From a virus (lineage: Duplodnaviria > Heunggongvirae > Uroviricota > Caudoviricetes), in IMG/VR virus record IMGVR_UViG_2737471834_000003: DNA of 6,514 bases; one strand, written 5' to 3'. Positions 1 through 6,514 of the stretch are shown here, in pieces. The translations under genes and the position numbers were made by a program. How positions within the stretch are numbered: the stretch's first letter is position 1; each line of letters starts with the position of its first letter. Below the pieces are notes generated by a model that searched no databases, was not told the DNA's origin, and was given only the letters and a program-made list of their open reading frames with translations.

Positions 1-291
1 GTTCTCCTGGCTGTCACGCCAGCGACTGATTTCACCGTATTTCTGATTTCTGGCCTTTTCCAGTATCTCCTCTGTCACCACAAACGGCGTGACCTCACCC
101 CAGGCCCCTGATATCAGCCCTGACCAGAGCCTTAACCCGAATTCTGTCGGGTCTGAAGCTCTGGCAGTATAAGGTACATATACCCGATGACTGTCATCAG
201 AACGGTCTGCCATGAACACCTCACAGGTAATGCTGCCGTCTTCATTAAAACGGGCATTGCGGACGTCCGCTTCTGAATTCCTGGTATCCAT
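1..291 (-). CDS. Unidentified ORF immediately downstream of the side tail fiber, 5' part only (97 codons, continues past window start); candidate tail fiber assembly/chaperone protein by position
   Basis: Hand translation of the minus strand from the ATG at 291..289 gives an open frame of 97 codons to the window edge ([41 protein letters not shown]...); the other two minus frames hit stops within ~130 nt. The ATG overlaps the stf TAA stop by one base (TAATG), with GAGGG 8 nt upstream. Absent from the ORF track because its stop lies outside the window. No similarity to lambda Tfa that I can recall; function assigned by synteny only. Confidence 0.5.
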   Translation of the reverse strand, partial: MDTRNSEADVRNARFNEDGSITCEVFMADRSDDSHRVYVPYTARASDPTEFGLRLWSGLISGAWGEVTPFVVTEEILEKARNQKYGEISRWRDSQEN

Positions 292-2012
292 TATTTCACC
301 CTCAGAAAAAGCATTTTCTCTTCAGCTTCTGCATTTCCGCAGGCCATCCATATTCCTGACTGTACCGGGTCAAGCCGCTCTCCGGCCAGTTCATCTCCGT
401 AACTTACCGCATCCTGAGAAGCACAGAACAGGTAACTCCCCACACCACCGGCTACCGGACGACCGGCAAACTGCCACCATGAAGTGGTACCCAGCCCACT
501 GTAAGCCCTGGTGAATGCCTGCCCCATACAGTTAAGGAAAATCTGACCTGAAACATTCTCATTCGTCGGAACCTGCCACATCAGACCATATGCATAATTC
601 CCCGCGGCACCCGGAACGGGGTGGTCTTCACAGGCAAGGTAGTGGTTATATTTCAGCAACGGGAACTGAAGGGCAGAATACATAAAACCATGAGCCAGAA
701 TGCCCGTGAATTTTTTCGCAGTCTTTATCCCGTCTTCCGGGTAAACTCCGCTGGGTCCCATGGGTCCCTGAGGCCCCTGTGGGCCGGTAGCTCCCCGGGC
801 ACCGGTATCACCTTTATCGCCTTTCTCACCTTTTTCTCCCTGAGGCCCGGTATCGCCCCGGTCCCCTTTCTCTCCCTTTTCACCACGGGGGCCCTGTGGG
901 CCGGTCTCCCCCTGCGGTCCGGGCTCTCCCTGTGGTCCTGGCGTTTTTGCAATCTCCCTGGCTTCCTCCAGTGCCTTCAGTGCCCCCTGCTCATGTTCAC
1001 CTGCTGTCGTGGCACTGTCTTCCGCCTGGCTGACCAGTTGCTGCACCTGCCCGGCCTGTAGCTCCACAGACTGGCTTACAGCCACAACACTGTCTGCCAC
1101 ATGCTGAACATTCAGAGCCACGGACTCCGTCTGCGCTTTTATCTGTGCACTCTCTTCTGCACGACTGGCGGCCTCTGTGGCAAAACCCTCTGCCTCATTA
1201 CGTGCCGTTACCGTCTTCTGTAAATCACTGCTTACCTGCCGTGCACTCTGTGCAGCTTCGCTGGCATGCGTCCCCGACTCCACGGCACTGGCTGAAGACT
1301 CACTGGCTGCCTGTTGTGCCTGCTCCAGCAGCCGCTCAGTATCCTGTTTATCCTGCTGAACCTGTCCGGCATTTTCTGCCATTTCTGCAGCCAGTATATT
1401 CACCTGCTGACGCTGTTCTGCCACAACCTCTGCATTTTTCTGCACCGCATCAGCAAGGGTCTGCGTATTATCTCTTGCCTGTGCAGCCTCCACAGCATAT
1501 TGTCCGGCCTCCTGCGCACTTCCGGCTGCAGACTCTGCATTTTTCTGAGACTGCACCTCATAATTCTGCGATTTCCTTTCACTTTCCCGGGCAGCGGACG
1601 CCGATTCTGCCGCTGCCGCGGCGTCTGCGCCTGTTGCCTCCTTATCACGGGTAACCTGCTCAGACAGCGTAATAACGGTATTCACCATTATCTCAAAGCG
1701 TTTCATCACCTCAGGGCGCAAATCGCCATCTTTGGGAGCATCCAGAAATGCATTCAGCGTATCCGGCTTATCCGTCGGTGTGACATAAATCTCACCGGCT
1801 TTTACCGGAGCCCACCCTTCACGGAGAAGAAAAACATCATAAAATCCTGGCTCGGCTTCGATTAAATACCGCCCGTTACTGTCCGTAATACATTCCGCCA
1901 CAATGTGCACAATCACCGTCGGACTCGTTTTTCTGGACCGCAATTCAATTGAACACGCCTGCACCGGTTTACCCGCACCGTCTTTCAGTACACCAGATAT
2001 CTGTACGGCCAT
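291..2012 (-). CDS. stf: Side tail fiber protein (lambda Stf-like N-terminal domain, Ala/Gln-rich rod, collagen-like Gly-X-Y repeats, unrecognised C-terminal domain), 573 aa
   Basis: Track ORF 291..2030 (-). Residues 7-125 of the track protein ([18 protein letters not shown]...[12 protein letters not shown]) resemble the N-terminus of lambda Stf as I recall it ([18 protein letters not shown]...RPEALRRFELMV). I place the start at ATG 2012..2010 rather than the track's TTG at 2030 because GGAG lies 6 nt upstream of the ATG and the lambda homologue begins MAV. It follows J directly, as stf does in lambdoid phages. Confidence 0.85.
   Translation of the reverse strand: MAVQISGVLKDGAGKPVQACSIELRSRKTSPTVIVHIVAECITDSNGRYLIEAEPGFYDVFLLREGWAPVKAGEIYVTPTDKPDTLNAFLDAPKDGDLRPEVMKRFEIMVNTVITLSEQVTRDKEATGADAAAAAESASAARESERKSQNYEVQSQKNAESAAGSAQEAGQYAVEAAQARDNTQTLADAVQKNAEVVAEQRQQVNILAAEMAENAGQVQQDKQDTERLLEQAQQAASESSASAVESGTHASEAAQSARQVSSDLQKTVTARNEAEGFATEAASRAEESAQIKAQTESVALNVQHVADSVVAVSQSVELQAGQVQQLVSQAEDSATTAGEHEQGALKALEEAREIAKTPGPQGEPGPQGETGPQGPRGEKGEKGDRGDTGPQGEKGEKGDKGDTGARGATGPQGPQGPMGPSGVYPEDGIKTAKKFTGILAHGFMYSALQFPLLKYNHYLACEDHPVPGAAGNYAYGLMWQVPTNENVSGQIFLNCMGQAFTRAYSGLGTTSWWQFAGRPVAGGVGSYLFCASQDAVSYGDELAGERLDPVQSGIWMACGNAEAEEKMLFLRVK
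747..938 (-). repeat. Collagen-like repeat: 21 uninterrupted Gly-X-Y triplets within stf, including an imperfect ~45-bp tandem duplication
   Basis: Track residues 365-428 read [64 protein letters not shown], with glycine at every third position. On the plus strand, units beginning ggtatc at ~804 and ~849 (period 45) align at roughly 60% identity. Confidence 0.85.
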
Positions 2013-2060
2013 ATACACTCCATAAGTCAATGTCAGCCCCGGAAGAGAGGATTCAGGAAT

Positions 2061-2090
2061 AACAATAAAAAAGGCGCCATTTCTGGCGCC
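2061..2090 (-). terminator. Rho-independent terminator-like hairpin downstream of J (minus strand)
   Basis: Minus-strand sequence GGCGCCA-GAAA-TGGCGCC (7-bp perfect GC-rich stem, GNRA-type loop; plus 2073..2090) followed directly by TTTTTTATTGTT, and sited 20 nt after the J stop. Confidence 0.7.
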
Positions 2091-2109
2091 AGTATATGGA
2101 TTATAAAAT

Positions 2110-5100
2110 TCAGCTAATCGTGATACCGGCTGTGGATTTTTTCATCACCACAACCAGCAAATCGCTGATACTTGCGGTGGGATACCAGTTATTCACCAGC
2201 CATGCTGACACCGAAAACTCCAGCGTCATGTGGCCGTGACCAGCTGGCATATCAATAACACCACTGTAAATCAGCGTATTATCCAGCGCGGTACGGTTAT
2301 AAATTTCAGCACCATTTTTCTTCACTATCAGGCGGCATGAGGAGTAAATATCAGTATGCTCTCTCTCATGCTTAGCGCCACTGAATGCCACCGCCGGAAT
2401 AACAATTTGCCGGTCAAACGGCTGATCGTCATAAACCCTGACGGTAATGGTCCCTGATGGCCACCGCTCCGGTGCCCGGGAGTCCCGGGGAAAAGCCTTA
2501 CCCACTGTTTTAACAATATCGCCTTCAATCTGGTTGGCTGACAGTTTTCCCAGAATCCGGCAGTTCTCATTTATCGTGACGTTGTTGAGTGTCCCGGAGT
2601 TCGCGTTCACGTTACCGCTGATATCCGCATTTTTCGCCGTCAGCCGCCCGTCCGGAGTCAGGGAAAACGCCGGAGGATTACCGCCACTGGTAATGGTGGG
2701 AGCCGTCAGATATTTCAGGAACACTTCATTCATGAATATCTGATCACCCTGACCAACAAACATCGGCTTTGTGTTGCCATTCGCAGGATTAACCATCGCA
2801 ATCCTGTCCGCCGCCAGCAGCACCTGACTCTGCATGCCGTCAGGGGTGTTCTCAATACCGGCACCAATACCCGCGATATAAAGGCGTCCGTCCTGCATCT
2901 GCTGCAGCTTCACAGCCCACATGCTGTTCAGGTTATTATTTGTATCAACCTGAACCTTCTGTATCTGCTGAATTGCCGCACTCTGGTCTTCCAGTTTCTT
3001 ATTGACGGTCTGCGTGATTTCATTGCTGACATCCGTAATGGACGTCCTGATTTCAGCCAGGTCAGGCGCAAGCTGACCGTTATCAATCTGCGTCCACAGC
3101 TCCTGAGCCAGATGGGTTTTCCCTATCTCGCCTTTGAAAAAATCCAGATAGCCGGATGCATCATCACTCGGCTGACCAACAGCCTCCACGAATGCCGATT
3201 TGCCAACGGTGTTCACACTGCGAACGTAAAAATAATAATCATGGCCCGGTTTGATATTGATACTGGCGGCTATCCAGTACAGCGCCGTGCCAAGATAGCG
3301 GGCTGTGGTTTCAACCTGCCTGATATCGGTAATCCGCTTTTCCGAGAACCAGAACTCAAACTGTACCGTCGGGTCATAAACGGCAAGATGCGGCGTGGCG
3401 GTTATCTGAAAATAGCCCGGCGTCAGCTCAATCCGCGACGGCACTGCAGGTGCGGCAATCCGGAACGATACCGATGCCGGATCGCCCTGCTGCCCCCACG
3501 CATTTACCGCCCGGACTGTCAGCCTGTAGTTCCCCAGCGCCAGCTGCCTGAAGCGGTATGTGGTTTCTGTCGTCCGGGCCGTGCTGACCAGCCGCTCACT
3601 GCCGTCGTCCGCTGCCACGGTCAGGCGAAGCATAAAGCTCACGCCCTTCACCACCTTCGGTGTGTCCCATCGCGCCAGCACCTGATATTCCCCGCTGTCT
3701 GCAGTGACTTCTGCGGTCAGGTGCTGCACCGCTGGCGGCGTGACACCATTCACCGTGCCACTCTGTTCGCCGTCAAAGTGCGCCCCGTTATCCACGATGG
3801 CCTCTTTTTCCGGCACATGCTGCACGGCGGTGATGGCATACGTGCCGTCGTCGTTCTCACGGATACTCACGCAGCGGAACAGGCGCTGGCGCAGCGTCGG
3901 CAGCTTCAGCCCCCATACGCTGTATTCAGCAACACCCTCAGGAACACGGCTCACTTTTACCTTCACGCCGTCGGTGACGGACTGAACCTCCACGCTGACC
4001 GGATTGCCACTTCCGTCAACCAGGCTTATCAGCGTGGTACCGGAGGATGGCAGCGTGATTTCACGGTCGAGCGTCAGCGTCCGGGTCTGGCTGTTCACCG
4101 CCAGCACACGACCACCGGTGCTGATACCGGCATAGTCATCATCGCAGATTTCAATAACATCGCCCGGTACATGGCGAAGCCCTTCTGCGCCGACGCTGAA
4201 ATCCACGGTCTGCGTCTCCAGCAGCTCCGTTTTAATCAGCCACAGCCCGGCGCGGTGTGCCTGCCCCCGGCTGGTACAGCCAAAGGCATCCATCTTCGTA
4301 ACATTACGACCGTAACGGGCAATGGCCTGCGTATCTTCAACAAGCTCTGTCGCCGTCTCCTGGCCGTTGTTCGGGTCAATCCAGTTCACCTCAACGGCAT
4401 TATGGCGGTCTTTCAGGGCGCTGAAGCTGTAGCGGAACGGCGCGCCATCATCCGGCATCACCACATTACTGCGGTTATAGGTCCACGCCTTATCCGATGG
4501 CCGGTCCTGCACGAACGTCAGCGTCTGCCCGTTCCATACCGGCATACAGCGCATCGCCGAGCAGAAATCACTGAGCACATCCCACGCCTTACGTTGTGTG
4601 GTCAGCCAGGCATTACAGGTGATGCGCGGCTCCGTGCCGCCAAAACCGTCCGGCACTGACTGGTCGCAGTACTGGCCGATGACATACAGCGCCCATTTAT
4701 CCACATCTGCCGCACCAAGACGTTTCCCCATGCCGTAGCGCGGGTGGGTCAGCATATCCCACAGACACCAGGCCGGGTTGTTGCTGTATGCCGGTTTTAA
4801 CGTTCCGTCCCAGATACCGCTGTATTGCCGCGTCTGCGGGTTATAGTTCGACGGAACCTGCAGAATACGACCACGAAAATGGTAAGTGCGGTTCACCTGC
4901 TGGCTGCCGAACTGCTCAGAATCCACCTGCACACCGACCAGTGCCGTGTTCGGGTAGCACTGTTTCACATCGATGATTTCGGTGTATGACGACCAGAGCG
5001 TTTTGTTCTGCAGCTGATCTGTGGTGCTGTCCGGCGTCATCCTGCGCATCCGGATATTGAACGGGCGCGGCGGCAGGTTACCCACCACCACCGATGCCAG

Positions 5101-5589
5101 ATACTGTGAGGTGGTTTTGCCTTTAATGGTGATGTCTTTTTCCGTCACCCAGCCACCGTTACGTTGTATCTGAACCAGCAGGCGGACTTCCGACGGATTC
5201 CGGTCCCCCTTTGAGGTGGTTTCCACCAGTGCCTGCACACCGAAGGTCAGGCGCAGACGGTCGATGTTTGCCGACGTGATGGTCCGGGTTATCGGCGTGT
5301 CGTATTTCACTTCCGCACCCAGTACCGTCTCGGAGCCGGAGGATTCAAACCCCTCCGGCGGTGTCTGCTCCTGTTCACCGGAACGGAACACCACCGTGGC
5401 ACCGGAAAAGTTGGTATTCCCCCCGCTGTCCAGTACCGGCGTACCATTCAGGCGGACACTTTTCAGCCCGTCAACCGGACCATAAACCGGTCCTTCACTG
5501 ATGGCGTCAATCACACTCAGCAACTGGGAGGATTTCAGGTTATCTCTGGCTTCACGGGGCGTATGCGCCTTACCGCCACCTTTACCCAT
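2110..5589 (-). CDS. J: Tail tip / central tail fiber host specificity protein J, 1159 aa
   Basis: Track ORF 2110..5592 (-). The protein ([34 protein letters not shown]...) is near-identical over long stretches to lambda gpJ as I recall it ([34 protein letters not shown]...), colinear for ~820 residues and then diverging. Start placed at ATG 5589..5587 (the track's first M is a GTG at 5592), with GGAGAG 3 nt upstream of that GTG. Confidence 0.97.
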   Translation of the reverse strand: MGKGGGKAHTPREARDNLKSSQLLSVIDAISEGPVYGPVDGLKSVRLNGTPVLDSGGNTNFSGATVVFRSGEQEQTPPEGFESSGSETVLGAEVKYDTPITRTITSANIDRLRLTFGVQALVETTSKGDRNPSEVRLLVQIQRNGGWVTEKDITIKGKTTSQYLASVVVGNLPPRPFNIRMRRMTPDSTTDQLQNKTLWSSYTEIIDVKQCYPNTALVGVQVDSEQFGSQQVNRTYHFRGRILQVPSNYNPQTRQYSGIWDGTLKPAYSNNPAWCLWDMLTHPRYGMGKRLGAADVDKWALYVIGQYCDQSVPDGFGGTEPRITCNAWLTTQRKAWDVLSDFCSAMRCMPVWNGQTLTFVQDRPSDKAWTYNRSNVVMPDDGAPFRYSFSALKDRHNAVEVNWIDPNNGQETATELVEDTQAIARYGRNVTKMDAFGCTSRGQAHRAGLWLIKTELLETQTVDFSVGAEGLRHVPGDVIEICDDDYAGISTGGRVLAVNSQTRTLTLDREITLPSSGTTLISLVDGSGNPVSVEVQSVTDGVKVKVSRVPEGVAEYSVWGLKLPTLRQRLFRCVSIRENDDGTYAITAVQHVPEKEAIVDNGAHFDGEQSGTVNGVTPPAVQHLTAEVTADSGEYQVLARWDTPKVVKGVSFMLRLTVAADDGSERLVSTARTTETTYRFRQLALGNYRLTVRAVNAWGQQGDPASVSFRIAAPAVPSRIELTPGYFQITATPHLAVYDPTVQFEFWFSEKRITDIRQVETTARYLGTALYWIAASINIKPGHDYYFYVRSVNTVGKSAFVEAVGQPSDDASGYLDFFKGEIGKTHLAQELWTQIDNGQLAPDLAEIRTSITDVSNEITQTVNKKLEDQSAAIQQIQKVQVDTNNNLNSMWAVKLQQMQDGRLYIAGIGAGIENTPDGMQSQVLLAADRIAMVNPANGNTKPMFVGQGDQIFMNEVFLKYLTAPTITSGGNPPAFSLTPDGRLTAKNADISGNVNANSGTLNNVTINENCRILGKLSANQIEGDIVKTVGKAFPRDSRAPERWPSGTITVRVYDDQPFDRQIVIPAVAFSGAKHEREHTDIYSSCRLIVKKNGAEIYNRTALDNTLIYSGVIDMPAGHGHMTLEFSVSAWLVNNWYPTASISDLLVVVMKKSTAGITIS

Positions 5590-5602
5590 CACTTACTCTC
5601 CA

Positions 5603-5628
5603 TAAAAAAAACCGCCCGGAGGCGGTTT
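5603..5628 (-). terminator. Terminator-like hairpin with U-tract in the I-J intergenic region, abutting the J ribosome-binding site
   Basis: Minus-strand sequence AAACCGCC-TCCG-GGCGGTTT (8-bp stem) followed by TTTTT and then ATGGAGAGTAAGTGATGG, which holds the J Shine-Dalgarno and start. I recall a very similar hairpin at the same place in phage lambda, but cannot verify that here. Confidence 0.6.
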
Positions 5629-5645
5629 CACATAAAACATTTGCA

Positions 5646-6317
5646 TCAGCGACCAATCACCACTACCTGACCGCCGCCCCCCTCATCAGCCGTGCTGATT
5701 TCCTGTGAAATCACCCGCGATCCCACGAGCATTTCACCGTACAGAACCGGCAGAACATTGCCCTGGGCAACCATGTTATCCAGTGAGGAAAAATAGGTAT
5801 TCTGCTTACCGTTATCCGTTGTCTGCATGCGGGGCGTTTTCGGTTTCGGGGCCAGCATCTGCGCCACACCCCCCAGAATCATACTGGCACCGAGAGAAAA
5901 CAGGATACCGGTCATACCACCGGCCCCAATGGCTGCCCCCCATGCTGCAAGGGTGGCTCCGGCAGTAAAGAATGATCCGGCAATGGCGGCAGCCCCCAGA
6001 ACAATCTGGAATACGCCCCCTGACTTAGCCCCGGCGACTCTGGGAACAATATGAATCACAGCGCCGTCAGGCAGAGTCTCATGTAACTGCGCCGTTAACC
6101 CGGACGTGCTGACGTCCCGCCCGGCAATCCGTACCTGATACCAGCCGTTGCTCAGTTTCTGACGAAACGCAGGGAGCTGTGTGGCCAGCGCCCGGATGGC
6201 TTCTGCCCCCGTTTTCACACGCAGGTCGATGCGGCGGCCAAATCGTTGCAAATCCCCGTAAAGGCAGATGCGTGCCATGCCCGGTGACGCCAGACGGAGT
6301 GTGTGCGTCGCTGCCAT
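5646..6317 (-). CDS. I: Tail assembly protein I, 223 aa
   Basis: Track ORF 5646..6317 (-). The protein (MAATHTLRLASPGMARICLYGDLQRFGRRIDLRVKTGAEAIRALATQLPAFRQK...) has the same length as, and is almost identical to, lambda gpI as I recall it. Its ATG at 6317..6315 lies inside the 3' end of K, as in lambda. Confidence 0.95.
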   Translation of the reverse strand: MAATHTLRLASPGMARICLYGDLQRFGRRIDLRVKTGAEAIRALATQLPAFRQKLSNGWYQVRIAGRDVSTSGLTAQLHETLPDGAVIHIVPRVAGAKSGGVFQIVLGAAAIAGSFFTAGATLAAWGAAIGAGGMTGILFSLGASMILGGVAQMLAPKPKTPRMQTTDNGKQNTYFSSLDNMVAQGNVLPVLYGEMLVGSRVISQEISTADEGGGGQVVVIGR

Positions 6318-6514
6318 TTGTCGGTGTACCTCTCTCGTTTGCTCAGTTGTTCAGGAATATGGTGCAGCAGCTCGCCGTCACCACAGTAAATGGCGGCATG
6401 ATTGGCAACAGGCGAGCCAAAACAACACAGCAGCACGTCGCCTGCCTGTGCCTCATGCGGTGAGACCCGGTAAAAACCCTGTGTTTCAAGGTTATCCAGA
6501 TAGAGATTCTGACC
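6215..6514 (-). CDS. K: Tail assembly protein K, C-terminal 99 codons (N-terminus lies beyond the window end)
   Basis: Hand translation of the minus strand from the window edge gives GQNLYLDNLETQGFYRVSPHEAQAGDVLLCCFGSPVANHAAIYCGDGELLHHIPEQLSKRERYTDKWQRRTHSVWRHRAWHASAFTGICNDLAAASTCV*, matching the C-terminus of lambda gpK as I recall it (...NLYLDNLEATGLYQVPLSAAQPGDVLLCCFGSSVPNHAAIYCGDGELLHHIPEQLSKRERYTDKWQRRTHSLWRHRAW...). The track's start at 6436 is an internal GTG (Val), not the real start. Confidence 0.92.
   Translation of the reverse strand, partial: GQNLYLDNLETQGFYRVSPHEAQAGDVLLCCFGSPVANHAAIYCGDGELLHHIPEQLSKRERYTDKWQRRTHSVWRHRAWHASAFTGICNDLAAASTCV

Noticed and set aside
1-746. Diversity-generating retroelement targeting the fiber C-terminus
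   Set aside because: No second copy of a variable-repeat-like sequence and no reverse transcriptase ORF within the window; cannot be excluded for sequence beyond position 1.
212-2030. Plus-strand ORFs 212..514, 621..1061, 1145..1654, 1177..1359 and 1314..1865, and minus-strand alternate-frame ORFs 725..952 and 1400..1648
   Set aside because: All overlap the side tail fiber gene in other frames or antisense; their products are Pro/Arg/Leu/Cys-rich low-complexity strings produced by the Ala/Gly-rich repeats, not genuine proteins.
2010-2030. TTG start at 2030 for stf, as given by the ORF track
   Set aside because: The in-frame ATG at 2012 has a GGAG Shine-Dalgarno 6 nt upstream and gives the N-terminus MAVQISG..., matching the lambda Stf N-terminus; the six extra TTG-initiated residues are unlikely to be real.
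2013-2060. Possible sigma70 promoter for stf (TTGACT / CTGACA hexamers near 2025..2040 on the minus strand)
   Set aside because: No acceptable -10 hexamer at 16-18 bp spacing; the best candidate, GTATAT, is too close and overlaps the start codon region. stf is more simply explained as part of the late transcript.
3112-4659. 515-aa ORF on the plus strand
   Set aside because: Lies entirely antisense to the strongly supported J gene; the product is Arg/His/Cys-rich and low in complexity, as expected from the reverse frame of a GC-rich gene, with no recognisable motifs.
6434-6436. Apparent start of K at 6436
   Set aside because: This is an internal GTG (Val in ...GDVLLCCFGS...); the frame stays open to the window edge and matches upstream lambda K sequence, so the true start lies beyond position 6514.
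2328-6463. Small ORFs inside J, I and K (2328..2570 -, 2447..2743 +, 3704..3985 +, 4788..4976 +, 5216..5485 +, 5705..5968 +, 5827..6054 +, 6179..6463 +)
   Set aside because: Each is nested in, or antisense to, a gene whose protein matches a well-known lambda tail protein, and none has its own ribosome-binding site or recognisable sequence features.
1-6514. CRISPR array, tRNA/rRNA genes, integrase, transposase or insertion sequence ends
   Set aside because: No regularly spaced direct repeats, no tRNA-like structures noticed, and every substantial ORF is accounted for by tail genes.

Overview
The window is a canonical lambdoid (phage lambda-like) tail-tip / host-specificity module, with every gene on the minus strand in the lambda late-operon order K (3' part) -> I -> J -> side tail fiber (stf) -> a translationally coupled downstream ORF that runs off the window. 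K, I and the first ~820 residues of J are near-colinear with lambda gpK, gpI and gpJ, as judged from recalled protein sequences rather than a database search. The variable parts are the C-terminal ~340 residues of J and the side tail fiber, which joins a lambda-Stf-like N-terminal domain to an Ala/Gln/Glu-rich rod, 21 uninterrupted collagen-like Gly-X-Y triplets and a C-terminal domain I do not recognise. Two intrinsic-terminator-like hairpins sit in the I-J and J-stf intergenic gaps, and no lom-type gene lies between J and stf. All plus-strand ORFs in the track are antisense to these genes and are judged spurious. I found no RNA genes, CRISPR array, integrase or transposase, and no evidence of a genuinely undescribed system; the likely novelty is confined to the receptor-binding ends of J and stf and to the unidentified downstream ORF.
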